Shown here: positions 27,266 through 37,512 of the stretch, piece by piece | Numbering within the stretch: position 1 is the first letter of the stretch | Layout of the letters: each line of letters opens with the position of its first letter | From: a virus | IMG/VR virus record: IMGVR_UViG_3300047494_000107 | Location: 46,534-110,533 of that record | Length of the DNA: 64,000 bases | Reading direction: 5' to 3' (one strand) | Notes under the pieces: generated by a model | What the model saw: the letters and a program-made list of their open reading frames with translations, nothing else | Database searches by the model: none | Told to the model about the DNA's origin: nothing | Program-made: the position numbers and the translations under genes

Positions 27266-29433
27266 CCGAACCTGTTGCTGATATGGGCGTCGACCTTCGT
27301 GGGGAGCCCTGCCGCCCAGGAGGGCTTGACGGTCATCAGGTCAACGAAGACGGGAAGAAGTCGCTCAGCGTCGTCCTCCCTGACCTCGGCGGCGATGCTG
27401 TCGTGGACGTGCAAGACGACGGGAAGGCCGCCGTGCCTGTCCATGTTGTCGAGTGCGATCGCGAGAAGGTCAGCGGCAATGGCTTGGTCTTGGTTTTCGA
27501 CGAGGATGGTGTGGTATAGCGGCCGACGCGTAACAGACGCGCCTCGTGGGTTGAGCGCTGTGAGGATAGGGTTGCCCCACTCGTCTAGCCCTTCAAGGCG
27601 AGGCGCCCAGTAGCGAAGCAACCGGCCAGCCGGTAATCTGCAGCAAAGAGCACCGTCTAGCATGAAGTAAGAACAATAGCCAAACGGGCCGACAGGAAAC
27701 TCCCTGCCGGGGTGCTTTACCGCGTTAATCGCAGCACTGCTTGTTGCATACCAATACTTTACAATTTCAGCGTTAGCCGCACGCCACTTCGCAACAATAG
27801 GTTTTGCTTGGTCTCTGTTCATGCGTATGTTGTATGCCATGCTCATAATGACAAACACACCCGTTCCGCCACCGTAACCACAACCGAGCACACCGACCTT
27901 TCCCAATTGACGCTCCTCTTTTGTAACCTCCGATACTGGTTTCCCGACCATTGGGGCGGCAGCTATACTGTATACATCATCGCCGTTAGCAAAGGCGTCT
28001 ACGATATTCTGTTGCCCTGCCAGCCAGGCTATGATGCGCGCTTCGACCTGCGCGAAATCTCCCTGGAGGAGGGTACGGCCGCCGGGGGCGCGGAGCGTTC
28101 GACGCAGCATCCGGGAGACAAACGGCAGCACAGGTCCGTACGCAGTGCGGATCGCGATAGCATCGCCGCTTTGGCCGTAGGCAACTGCTTGGGCGAGCGC
28201 GTCAGCTTGCAACTTGCGGAGCAACTTCTTGTCGTCACCACTAGGTTTACGTCCCAATATGAGGGCGGCCTGCCGCTCGACGTAGCCTGCGTCCGGCAGC
28301 GCATTCCTGGGCAGGTTATGGGGCTGCCAACCTCCCCCGCCAGCCCAGCGCATCGTGGTTTGGGCGCCGCCAAGAATGAACGCACCACGTAGACGACCGT
28401 CGACGCCTGCAGCCCGCTCCATGACCGACAGCTTCTTCGCGGATATCTTCGCCGCATCAGCACGCATCTGCAGGACGTCACGCACACGGCCGCACGGCTT
28501 GCCGTCTGGTCCTTCGTAGTCCTCGGGTAGGTCGCCGGCAAGTAAGTCTATGACGTCATTTTTGCGTAGACGATATCTCTTCGGGTTAAACTCATCCGTG
28601 TTGTCGTCGTCGTCCAAGGGGACGTCATCCTCGGGCTTGCGATTCGGATCGACTATGAGCGGGAGGCGAACGCCGCGCTCAAGCAGCCACGCCTTCAAGT
28701 CCTGCACAGCCGTCAGCTTCGGTATCTTGCCGTTCGTGACCCTGGCGACCTCGGCGTCTAGCCGCAGCGTCTCGTATTCCGACGCCTTGCGCATACCAAT
28801 CACGAGCGGCATGTCGGCCAGAATGCCGCGGTCGTTGATCCGCATGTCGACGCCTGGCATGCGCGGCCACGGCTCAGCGGTTATCCAAGGCGGCGTCGCA
28901 GCGCCAGTAGCCTCTTCGGCCAGAACGTCGGTGATGCAGTACTGACCGAATGCGATCAGCTTGGGGCGCTTCTTCTCAGACCAGAGCGCCGCCCAGGACG
29001 TGTTCTTCGCCTGCGTAAGCTCTTTGACGAGCGCCGACCCCGCCTTATCTTTGACTGTGCTCGCGCCTGTAGCCCGGCTGGCGCCATCCAACGATCGAGG
29101 TAAATTAGCCCCGACAGCTCGCAGCATGGTGTCGGCCCACTGCCAATCTGGCACTTCCGGCCAACCATATTTGCCGACGCAGACGTGTCGCCACATTAAC
29201 CTCTCGAACCCCGCATTCCACGCGCATAGCGGCCAACCACGTTGAATATGCTCTGCAAGCGCCTCGGGTATCGGCTGACCGTGCCACCACAGTTCTGGCG
29301 GCGCTGAATCGCCGACAACGTGATAGGCCAGCATAATCGCTTCGGTAGACGGATGCGCCGCGTAGTGATGAGCGCCGAGTTTTATGTCGGCTTCGCTCCA
29401 AGTCTCGAAATCCAGGCTGAGAGCGCGCATCAC
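27262..29433 (-). CDS. Family A DNA polymerase
   Basis: Exonuclease LDFET and AWNAGFER; motif A GDFAQVEAR; motif B RQLGKVGVLGCGYG; motif C LHVHDS. Confidence 0.95.
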   Translation of the reverse strand: MMRALSLDFETWSEADIKLGAHHYAAHPSTEAIMLAYHVVGDSAPPELWWHGQPIPEALAEHIQRGWPLCAWNAGFERLMWRHVCVGKYGWPEVPDWQWADTMLRAVGANLPRSLDGASRATGASTVKDKAGSALVKELTQAKNTSWAALWSEKKRPKLIAFGQYCITDVLAEEATGAATPPWITAEPWPRMPGVDMRINDRGILADMPLVIGMRKASEYETLRLDAEVARVTNGKIPKLTAVQDLKAWLLERGVRLPLIVDPNRKPEDDVPLDDDDNTDEFNPKRYRLRKNDVIDLLAGDLPEDYEGPDGKPCGRVRDVLQMRADAAKISAKKLSVMERAAGVDGRLRGAFILGGAQTTMRWAGGGGWQPHNLPRNALPDAGYVERQAALILGRKPSGDDKKLLRKLQADALAQAVAYGQSGDAIAIRTAYGPVLPFVSRMLRRTLRAPGGRTLLQGDFAQVEARIIAWLAGQQNIVDAFANGDDVYSIAAAPMVGKPVSEVTKEERQLGKVGVLGCGYGGGTGVFVIMSMAYNIRMNRDQAKPIVAKWRAANAEIVKYWYATSSAAINAVKHPGREFPVGPFGYCSYFMLDGALCCRLPAGRLLRYWAPRLEGLDEWGNPILTALNPRGASVTRRPLYHTILVENQDQAIAADLLAIALDNMDRHGGLPVVLHVHDSIAAEVREDDAERLLPVFVDLMTVKPSWAAGLPTKVDAHISNRFG

Positions 29434-29978
29434 ACAGCCGGCTTGGCTCGTATACCGCCAATTTCAACACGGTCATCGTTGGCGGTCGTCCAGTCGCGCC
29501 AAACATCGCCGACAATGCCAGTTCCTGGGAACAAGTCGTCTAACGTATCATCCCGTTTGGCGTTCAGCAGAGAAAACACCCACTCACAAAACCGAGCAGG
29601 CTTAGCGCCCGTAAGCCCTTTTTTGAGTGTGATATTTTCAGCTAGCCAATCGCGACGAGTTGCCTCTTCCCGGGTCACCTTTCTTCCGCCCCGGAAGATC
29701 ACAGGTTCCCACGCGTAAGCAACTCCGACGTTCGGCTTAAAAATCGCGAACGGTTTGGTCCACGCACCCACTCTGACATCGTCCGGGCAGAGCGGCAGTA
29801 TTGCGCGTAAACTGGTCGACGACGCACTCAGCGCCCATCCGTCAACATACTCATCCGAGAGGCGCTGAATAAGCCGGCGATGCTCACCGATGTTATCCCA
29901 GTCAGTCGCGTCAGCATGGTGTTTGACATAGAGCCGCCCACAGCCAAGGTACGGCGGGTCCGCGTATGCGAACTTCAT
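29430..29978 (-). CDS. DNA amino-methyltransferase (N6A/N4C)
   Basis: YADPPY catalytic motif; DLFPGTG SAM-binding motif. Confidence 0.85.
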   Translation of the reverse strand: MKFAYADPPYLGCGRLYVKHHADATDWDNIGEHRRLIQRLSDEYVDGWALSASSTSLRAILPLCPDDVRVGAWTKPFAIFKPNVGVAYAWEPVIFRGGRKVTREEATRRDWLAENITLKKGLTGAKPARFCEWVFSLLNAKRDDTLDDLFPGTGIVGDVWRDWTTANDDRVEIGGIRAKPAV

Positions 29979-30038
29979 CCCACCCTCCACACGTAGAAAG
30001 GGCGTCACCCCGCAAAGAGCGACGCCCTTGTTCAGCGA

Positions 30039-31064
30039 TCAGCGCGGCGGAGCATACCCGGGATACTGGCCGGGCGGCGGAGCAGGGGGCTGCTGCGGGA
30101 AGTTCTGGTACGGCGGAGCAGGCGGAGCAGGCGGAGCAGGCGGAGCAGGCGGAACGGCCGGTGTCAGGTGGCCCTGGTACGCAGGAGCCGGTGCCGGCTG
30201 CGGGTAGCCCTGGTACGCAGGAGCCGGTGCCGGCTGCGGGTAGCCCTGGGGCGCATACTGAGGCGCGGGCGGCTGCGCTCCCGGATAACCCGGCTGCGGC
30301 GCCACGTACTGCGGGGGTGGCTGATACGCCGGCTGTGGCGTCTGCGGAGGGGCATTCCACGGCTGCGGCTGTTCCGGCACCGGATACCCCTGGAAGGCCG
30401 GCGCAGCTGGTGCCGACGGCGGAGCAGCAAACGCTCCTGGAGGACCTGCAGGCGCGGCGCCCGCGATCGGCGCGAACCGCTTCTGCACATCTTCCAGACT
30501 ACGCTCATTCGTCGACAGACGCTCACCGTCCCTGGCGAACTGGATCGTGTCGAGGTAGATCGTGATGCCGCGGTTCGTCACGGCGCCGGTCTTGCGGTCC
30601 TTGTATTCGAACTCACTGATCTTGATCTCGGCGATGACATAGCAGCCGCTGTAGATCGTCGACGCTGGCGCCGGGAACGCATTCGCGCCGAGCACGAACG
30701 GCACTTTCGCCGATGAGGCATTGATATACCACTTGCCCTGGTACTCGGGACCCTTGGCTTTGCCGGTCTTGACCGATACCGACGATCCGTTCTTCAGCGG
30801 CGACTGAATGAGGTTCTGCTTGACCTTGTCCGACCCACTGCCGCTCGCATCCGAGAACGCCGCGTCCGCAACGCGCAGAATGGCCGCGTAGATGTTGGCG
30901 ATATCCTCTTGGTCTTCGAGGATCAGGTTCGTCCCGTAGTCGTAGACCTTGTTTCCATCCTTGTCCGTGTAATCTTTCTCGCGCGGTGCCGAGATGTTAC
31001 AGTACGACGTACGGGCGACCCTCTTCAGGACATAGTTTTCCTGGGCCTTCGGTTTATCAGCCAT
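30039..31064 (-). CDS. Single-stranded DNA-binding protein (DUF2815-like) with Pro-rich tail
   Basis: SPLKNG, YINASS, IYSGCY, GITIYLDTIQFARDGERL. Confidence 0.85.
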   Translation of the reverse strand: MADKPKAQENYVLKRVARTSYCNISAPREKDYTDKDGNKVYDYGTNLILEDQEDIANIYAAILRVADAAFSDASGSGSDKVKQNLIQSPLKNGSSVSVKTGKAKGPEYQGKWYINASSAKVPFVLGANAFPAPASTIYSGCYVIAEIKISEFEYKDRKTGAVTNRGITIYLDTIQFARDGERLSTNERSLEDVQKRFAPIAGAAPAGPPGAFAAPPSAPAAPAFQGYPVPEQPQPWNAPPQTPQPAYQPPPQYVAPQPGYPGAQPPAPQYAPQGYPQPAPAPAYQGYPQPAPAPAYQGHLTPAVPPAPPAPPAPPAPPYQNFPQQPPAPPPGQYPGYAPPR

Positions 31065-31078
31065 AGATGTCAGACTTT

Positions 31079-32332
31079 CTACTGGTGGGTTAAGGCGGGA
31101 AAATGCTTCGCCGTGATCGGTTCGAAGAGCGGCTTCACTGTCTCAACTGTATCATCTGTCTCATCGACCCTGACCAAGGTTGTAGCACCCTCGGGGCGAA
31201 AAACAAGCGTATTCACGAGCCACTTGTGCTGAGATGGGACGACCTTCTCGACCTGGGCCGGACTCAGCAGTTTCGGCTCCGTATAGAGTTCCTCGCGAAA
31301 AACGCCTGTTGTCAGTAACGTCTCTTCAGCCGCGACGGGGTCCACCCACTTGCGGTTACCTGTACGACTCTTGAGACCCCAGCCTGGTACCTTGATACCG
31401 GCCTGTAGCATATCGACGGCGTGCTGCTTCACCATGGTGATCCACGCGGCGTAAACCGCTTCGCGTTCCAGAATCATTGATACATCTGCGCCGCTCATGC
31501 CGACCGGATCAGGCAGCACCGGCATCGGCCTCAGATCAGGCATTGGCGAGACGACCGTCATCTCCTGGCCGATCGGTTTGAACTTCGTCTGCGCGACATC
31601 CAGAGCCCGCTGCGCCATGGCCGGGCATGGACGTTTCGCGCCTGGGCACCAGCGGCACTGCTTCTCGCCAGGATTGAGCGGCGGGTTGGGGCTGAGTGCC
31701 GCCCGCATCGCCAAGTACATCGTATTGCCCCAGCCGTAGACATCGACGATATCGTGAATGTAGGTTTTCACGCGCTCGTCTTCGTACGGCGCCCTCGGCT
31801 GAATGATGATCGTCTCGACGTCTTTCCAGCCGCCCGCACAGGCGAAATTGACAAGGGCGAGGAAACTATACGTCTTCAACTGCGGAGCGTCGGCGGCGAC
31901 GGGCAGCATACCCGTCTTCAAGTCGATGACGGTGATCCGCCGCGTCGCCCAGTTCAGTAGAAGGATGTCGACGGTGCCCCCGAGTTCACCCCACAAAGGG
32001 TCCTTGGTGTCGAACGGCTGAGCCGACAGGAATTGCTCGGAGCGCATCTCCGTCGTGTTGGGGTCCCACCGGGCCTTCGTCTCATCAATGGCGAGTTGAA
32101 CGCCATCAGACATGACGTCGTCAAACTCAATCTTGTCGTCCTCGACGACAATGATGCGACCAACCATTTCGGCGGGGGATGGGCCGCCTTTCAGCGCCGC
32201 TTCGAGGACTTGATGGCACGCCGTGCCTTCGCGCGCGGGGCGGCCTCCTTTGGAAGGTATCCCCTCCGACATCTGCGTCGAGCCGATGCAAGTCGTGATG
32301 CGGTCAGAAGACGACGGCCGGAAGCGAGGCAT
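31079..32332 (-). CDS. DUF2800-like PD-(D/E)XK nuclease
   Basis: PSSSDR...C, EGTACH, GTVD, VIDLKTG, QL..Y, QPR, PGEKQCRWC. Confidence 0.85.
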   Translation of the reverse strand: MPRFRPSSSDRITTCIGSTQMSEGIPSKGGRPAREGTACHQVLEAALKGGPSPAEMVGRIIVVEDDKIEFDDVMSDGVQLAIDETKARWDPNTTEMRSEQFLSAQPFDTKDPLWGELGGTVDILLLNWATRRITVIDLKTGMLPVAADAPQLKTYSFLALVNFACAGGWKDVETIIIQPRAPYEDERVKTYIHDIVDVYGWGNTMYLAMRAALSPNPPLNPGEKQCRWCPGAKRPCPAMAQRALDVAQTKFKPIGQEMTVVSPMPDLRPMPVLPDPVGMSGADVSMILEREAVYAAWITMVKQHAVDMLQAGIKVPGWGLKSRTGNRKWVDPVAAEETLLTTGVFREELYTEPKLLSPAQVEKVVPSQHKWLVNTLVFRPEGATTLVRVDETDDTVETVKPLFEPITAKHFPALTHQ

Positions 32333-32361
32333 AACTTGTCCAGTCGAGCAGGGAGGGTAGG

Positions 32362-33156
32362 CTAGTGAGCAGCGTGTTGCTTTAGCAGCGCGACTTCGGC
32401 TTCGAGAGCTTTTATTCGTTGTTCCAGAATGTCGAAGTTATTCGACACAGCGATGATCGAGGCGCGAGGGTCAGACGCCCAGTTCTCTGGCGTAATCTTG
32501 TTCGGTGTGAGGTCTGCTGGTGTCAGTGTGACCGATCCACCGCCGTCGATTGACGTCACTGGCGGGTCTGCTACCCCCTCTACTACCAGTCCATTAGGGT
32601 ATCCAGGCGGATACTTGATTGGCTCTTGATGATTAAGTGACTTAGCCTCAAGAGCAGCTGGTCCACGCGCAAGCGCATCCTGGTTCTGATATATCCACGT
32701 AGTCGTAGCTGCGGGTTCAGAGGACCAGATAAATGCGCTGGTGCCCCTGCTGACGAGAATACTAGATGTACCGGTAACGACTACGGGGCTATCGGTAAAA
32801 CGGTGTTCCAGAGTCGACGGAAATTCCGCTGCCGCCCGGAACGGGGCGGCCTCTGTCTCCCGCTTCTTCCGCTCTTCCTCGGCCTTATCCGCCGCATACA
32901 TGGCGCCCAGTTCGCCGTTGATCTTCCAATCCTGGTCAACCTGCTGCGCTTGCGGCGACGGGTCTGCAGCCCAGTAACCTTCCAGGCAGTACCAATCCAT
33001 ACCCGTACACACCCAGTGCTGACCGGGGTGCTTGGCGATTTCCGCCTGCATTTCTTGCTCGGCCTTCGAAGGCGTCGTAAATGCGAGGTTGCTCGTCGTC
33101 TGCGCGTTCGCCGACAGAGGGAACATTAGTGCAGCGGCAAGCAGTACGTGCTTCAT
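32362..33156 (-). CDS. Hypothetical exported protein
   Basis: Signal peptide MKHVLLAAALMFPLSANA; C-terminal coiled coil. Confidence 0.65.
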   Translation of the reverse strand: MKHVLLAAALMFPLSANAQTTSNLAFTTPSKAEQEMQAEIAKHPGQHWVCTGMDWYCLEGYWAADPSPQAQQVDQDWKINGELGAMYAADKAEEERKKRETEAAPFRAAAEFPSTLEHRFTDSPVVVTGTSSILVSRGTSAFIWSSEPAATTTWIYQNQDALARGPAALEAKSLNHQEPIKYPPGYPNGLVVEGVADPPVTSIDGGGSVTLTPADLTPNKITPENWASDPRASIIAVSNNFDILEQRIKALEAEVALLKQHAAH

Positions 33157-33157
33157 C

Positions 33158-33460
33158 TCAGTCGACCTTCTTGAAACTTCCGCCGAGTATCTTCAGCACG
33201 TCCTCGTCGAACAGACAGCCGCGGTCATGGAGAACTTCGACGAGACGGCCGACGAGTTGATACGTGTTGTTTGCCGTTCCGAGCGCCATGTCAGCTACCG
33301 AGCCGGTATACTCGTCGTAACATTCCCGCTCTACAGCCTCTTTGATGGTATAGTTGTCAGGCGCCTTCTTATAGTCGTACAGGTAGTAGAGTTTCACAGG
33401 AACACGAACCCCAATGCGAGTGCCACATTCGGCAGAGAGCCGAACTGTATCCACTGCCAC
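33158..33460 (-). CDS. Hypothetical protein (start uncertain)
   Basis: 100 aa ORF in the minus-strand operon. Confidence 0.45.
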   Translation of the reverse strand: MAVDTVRLSAECGTRIGVRVPVKLYYLYDYKKAPDNYTIKEAVERECYDEYTGSVADMALGTANNTYQLVGRLVEVLHDRGCLFDEDVLKILGGSFKKVD

Positions 33461-33571
33461 TTCTGGATACCCTCGGCGGCGCCGAACAGGCAGAACTCAG
33501 CCGCCAGGAACAACGCCGCTCCCAGCCACATCCGCCACTTCCTAGTCATCCTGAGCCCGCGCATGGCAGTG

Positions 33572-34033
33572 TCAGCGCGCGGCGGCGTAGAAGTCGGGCG
33601 ACAGATCCAACTTCGTATTCGACGAAATGTCAAAGCCGTCGAGACGGTATGTGCGCGGCCCGAAGTGTATCAAGATTGTCCGCGAGCACTTGCTGGCGCC
33701 GAATGCGATAATCGCGCCGTAACCGTTGCTCAGAATACCGTTCGGGATTGACATAGGTGTCGTCGTCCAGTTCACGCAGTCGAGGCCGGTCACCGGATGG
33801 CCGCTCGTGTTCAGCACCATGATGAGCGGCGTCGCGCCAAGCGCCGACAGATCAATCCGGCTGATCGGGATGTCCGTAGTCACCGACTCTGAAGCGACCG
33901 GCTCTTGGTGCCACACGCCAAGACCATCTTGAACCCAGCCTGGAGGAGCCGACTGCGCCTTGGCCGTCACCGATCCGAACAAAAGTCCCGCGGCCAAGGC
34001 AGCGGAAGCCAGCGTCGCGATACGCACATTCAA
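33572..34033 (-). CDS. Hypothetical exported protein
   Basis: AAGGAG RBS; signal peptide ending AKA; 2 Cys. Confidence 0.65.
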   Translation of the reverse strand: MNVRIATLASAALAAGLLFGSVTAKAQSAPPGWVQDGLGVWHQEPVASESVTTDIPISRIDLSALGATPLIMVLNTSGHPVTGLDCVNWTTTPMSIPNGILSNGYGAIIAFGASKCSRTILIHFGPRTYRLDGFDISSNTKLDLSPDFYAAAR

Positions 34034-34204
34034 CTCCTTCTACGGAGTAAAAACGAAGGAAGCTCGTCGCCTCTAGACCGCGGCCTACGAATGACCGGCG
34101 GGTTTTTAAAGCCAACGGCAGGCGCACTCCCTAAAGCGCTACCCCTGCTTTGGCGGCATACTCACGCGGGCTGATGCACCAGCTTGCGCGCCCCTAGCCG
34201 CATC

Positions 34205-34894
34205 TCACGGGGCTTCCGGCTTGAACATCTCCGTCATCATGTACCAGAGGTGCTCAGCCGGCACGCTCTCGACGGTCGGCCAGCCGTGCTTCTTGGTGGC
34301 GATACGGTGGAACTTCGCCGCCCCGTCCGGGATCTGGAACACCGCCGTCTTCAACTGCTCATGCGTGAAGATCGGGTGACCGCTGGCGTTGACGCCGACT
34401 GGGTCAGGGATCGTCGGCATCGGCGGCTCGACGATGACAGGCTGGGGAACCGGCGCAGGAGCCGGCACAGGCGCCAATGGCACGACAGGCTGCAGCGTCA
34501 CTGGCTGGCCGATCGGCGGCATAGGTGGCAGCGGCTTCGGCGCCTCGGTGCGGGTAGGAATCTGCAGCGGAGGCGTGAAGCCCGGCGAAGGCATATTGGT
34601 GGGCAAGAGGCCGGTGGTGGCAGCCGCCGCAAGGGTCTTGGCCTGCGCCGCGGCAATCGCGGCATTGTCGGCTTCGATCTGCGCCTTGGTGCGCTTAGCA
34701 CGCTTGCCCGTGACGGCGTCAGTTTCGGCCGGTGTGCCGCCTTGATTGCCGGCAGGGGCGTCGTCCGACTTAGCCTTGTCATCGCCGACGACATACTCGC
34801 CGCGCTCGATCGCGAGTCCGAGGTCGAACCAGCGCCGCAGCGCATCGGCGTCATAGTCGTCAGGCAGCGTAATTGTCTGCGAAATCTGGGCCAC
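34205..34894 (-). CDS. Pro/Ala-rich hypothetical protein of the replication module
   Basis: GTG start with AGGAGG RBS; KRAKRTKAQIEAD segment. Confidence 0.6.
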   Translation of the reverse strand: MAQISQTITLPDDYDADALRRWFDLGLAIERGEYVVGDDKAKSDDAPAGNQGGTPAETDAVTGKRAKRTKAQIEADNAAIAAAQAKTLAAAATTGLLPTNMPSPGFTPPLQIPTRTEAPKPLPPMPPIGQPVTLQPVVPLAPVPAPAPVPQPVIVEPPMPTIPDPVGVNASGHPIFTHEQLKTAVFQIPDGAAKFHRIATKKHGWPTVESVPAEHLWYMMTEMFKPEAP

Positions 34895-34973
34895 GGAGCC
34901 TCCTGAGCGTAGGGTCAAGCGTGGGATTGATACAGCATGCCGGCTATCCGAAGTCAAGCAGCCTGTATCAAGA

Positions 34974-35540
34974 TTAGCGTAGCCATTTGACCGCCGGATC
35001 GCCTTTGTAGCCGCGCTCAAAGATGAACCAGGCAAACGCCAATGCGCCGCCGGTCGTTCTCGGGTTGGGGTCGTCACCCCGCCATAGCGTCTGCCGACCG
35101 CAGAACTGCCAGATCCTGATCGGCGGATGCACGCTCCAGAGCGTGTCGTAGCGCTTACGGCCTTCGAGCCACCCAGACCTGGCAAAGAAGGCGATCTTCT
35201 CAGCGCCAAGGTTCAATGCGTGCAGAGCAAACTCGTCAATAAGGTTGAACGGCGGGTTCGTGATAACGCTCCGAGCAAGCAGCCCGCCCGTCGACAAGAA
35301 GTCAACACCGGCTGTTCCGAATCCGCGGTCGACCAAATCCGTGCTGACGACCTGATAGCCGGCCTCCGTCATCGGAACGGCGATCGCACCGTCACCACAC
35401 GCAGGCTCCCATACGTCGACAGTGAACTGCTCGACCCGCAACAGCGCGTCAATCGCCGACCTCGGTGTCCTGTAGAAATCTTGCGGTGAACGACCTGGAT
35501 TACCGTCACGGCGTGTCTTTGCGAGTGTGGCTACGCTCAT
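34974..35540 (-). CDS. DNA adenine methyltransferase-like protein
   Basis: DFYRTP, WEPACGDG, ITNPPF. Confidence 0.85.
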   Translation of the reverse strand: MSVATLAKTRRDGNPGRSPQDFYRTPRSAIDALLRVEQFTVDVWEPACGDGAIAVPMTEAGYQVVSTDLVDRGFGTAGVDFLSTGGLLARSVITNPPFNLIDEFALHALNLGAEKIAFFARSGWLEGRKRYDTLWSVHPPIRIWQFCGRQTLWRGDDPNPRTTGGALAFAWFIFERGYKGDPAVKWLR

Positions 35541-35565
35541 GCCAGCCGCCCGAGGACAATGTCGC

Positions 35566-36900
35566 TCACGTCGAATGCCCCAGCACTATCCCGCTCATCT
35601 GCGCCTTCTGCGCGATCAATCGGCTCGTCAGTTCGTCCAGCCAGCACCCCGACGCGAACAGAACCTCGACCAGCACAGGACGCTTCTGCCCGATGCGCGA
35701 CATACGCTTCACCGCCTGCTCCATCGCCCGCGCTGTCCAAGGCTGCTCAACCATCACGCCGCGGTTCGCCCTTGTCAGCGTGATACCCGCGCCACCGGCC
35801 TGGATCTGCAACAACAAGACATCAAGCTGACCAGCCTGGAAGGCATCCTGGATCGGCTGCGACACACCCGAGTTGCTGCCGTCGATGTACGCTACGCGCA
35901 GCTTCTTATCCGATAGTTGCGCGAACGCTGCGTCTTTGACGTCCCGGTGCAGATAGTAGACGACAACCGGACCGGCACCACTCTTGACCAGATATTCCGT
36001 GTACACCGCCGCTTGCGACACCTTCGCCAGACCGAGGGCATGCCGGACGCGAGAGATGGCCGGGTCGTCAAGCGCATCAGCGACGATCCGCTCAACCTGC
36101 TCTTCCGTGAAGGCGCTGGCCAGCATCGCGCGGTGCAAGTCCGCCGTGATCTCGTCTAAAGACTCTTGCGAGACTTCGACGGGGTAGGTCGTCACCGTCA
36201 ACGGCGGCAAGTTCAAGATGCCTCGGCGTGCCAACATGTGAGGCCGCAGAACCGCCCACAACTCTTCGCCGTTCTGCAGCACGCCGGATTTCGGCTCCAT
36301 GGCGTGTGTGAAGCTGTTGCGCACCATCATGCAGTAGCGGTTGCAAAACGCATCGTAGGAGGGGAGCGCGCCGAGCCTTTTCGCCAGGGTACTCGACATG
36401 ATCGGGTAGAGATCGGCAGCGCTGTTGACGATCGGAGTGCCTGTCAGCGGCCAGACGTAGCGGGCGTACTGCCAAAGAGACTCAATGGCGCGGCCGAACA
36501 GAGCGACGGTGCGCCGTGCCGTGACTGACGTGTAATTGTCAGCCTCGTCACAGATGATCGCGTCCCAGGGTGAAGATTTGAGAAGGTTCAGATGAGAGTC
36601 GCGCTTCGCCATAGCGGCATGACTAGCGATGACGACGCCATGTGTGTGAACCGCGGTAACTAGGCCATCAACGACGGTGACGGGACGGGGAATTTGCTGC
36701 CATTCGCGAAAGGTCCTGGCCCAGTGCTGCTTCACAACCGAAGGGCAGAGGACCAGGATGTGAAGAAGAGCGGCGAGATCACAGGCGAGAAGGACGCTCA
36801 GGGTCTTGCCAGCACCCGGCTCGTCAAACAGACAGCCGCCTTCATGCGAGGCTAAGAAATGGCCTGCCTCAATCTGATGAGGGTAGGGGTCTGGTCTCAC
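35566..36900 (-). CDS. SNF2-like superfamily 2 helicase
   Basis: PYPHQ, DEPGAGKT, IICDEA, LTGTP, GGAGITLT, QAVKRMSRIGQ. Confidence 0.92.
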   Translation of the reverse strand: MRPDPYPHQIEAGHFLASHEGGCLFDEPGAGKTLSVLLACDLAALLHILVLCPSVVKQHWARTFREWQQIPRPVTVVDGLVTAVHTHGVVIASHAAMAKRDSHLNLLKSSPWDAIICDEADNYTSVTARRTVALFGRAIESLWQYARYVWPLTGTPIVNSAADLYPIMSSTLAKRLGALPSYDAFCNRYCMMVRNSFTHAMEPKSGVLQNGEELWAVLRPHMLARRGILNLPPLTVTTYPVEVSQESLDEITADLHRAMLASAFTEEQVERIVADALDDPAISRVRHALGLAKVSQAAVYTEYLVKSGAGPVVVYYLHRDVKDAAFAQLSDKKLRVAYIDGSNSGVSQPIQDAFQAGQLDVLLLQIQAGGAGITLTRANRGVMVEQPWTARAMEQAVKRMSRIGQKRPVLVEVLFASGCWLDELTSRLIAQKAQMSGIVLGHST

Positions 36901-37133
36901 TTACTATCAACCGGCTGGATTGACAGCGCCGAAAACTCAGATGCGTCAATCCCGTGTTCCACGGCTGCTTGCTTCGCGGCGTCAGCCAGCAAGTCCCAGT
37001 CTTCCGTAGAGAGGGGCCAGTGTATAGGAATCGTCGCCTCCGCAGAACAACGGGCTACACCCATCCCGAGAACGTTGTCCTTGTACGCGAACGCGACGCT
37101 CCAGACTTTGTGGCTCGGAGACCGGAACATCAC
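36897..37133 (-). CDS. Hypothetical protein
   Basis: 78 aa, coupled to the helicase start. Confidence 0.5.
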   Translation of the reverse strand: MMFRSPSHKVWSVAFAYKDNVLGMGVARCSAEATIPIHWPLSTEDWDLLADAAKQAAVEHGIDASEFSALSIQPVDSK

Positions 37134-37512
37134 CCGCCCTCTTTCAGCAGTTCAGCCTTGGCAATCGACACGGAGAAGTCGCAGCGCGTGCAACTGAACT
37201 CGACCATCCTGACTTCTGGCGCGTACCAATTGCCGCGTTCCTTGAAGCCGATGTCGTGCCCGAACACCCAGCAAAATAGCCGTCGTATCGGGTTCGTCCC
37301 GCGTGTCGAATAGACAGCCTTAAAGGCGGCGAGTTCCGCGGTGGTCATCCCCAGAACCCTCCGAACCACAGCACGATAGCCACGACGATAGTCTCCACCG
37401 GCACCGACGCGCCCTTCCAGTCATGCTTCGCGCAGACCCAGTCCCCGAGCGCATAGACGGCGCCCAAGTAGATCGCCATCGTCCATTGCGGCCAGTGCCA
37501 AGTCGTCACAGC

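Noticed and set aside
30100-30260. Short tandem repeats as a regulatory or contingency locus
   Set aside because: They encode the low-complexity Pro/Ala/Gln tail of the SSB
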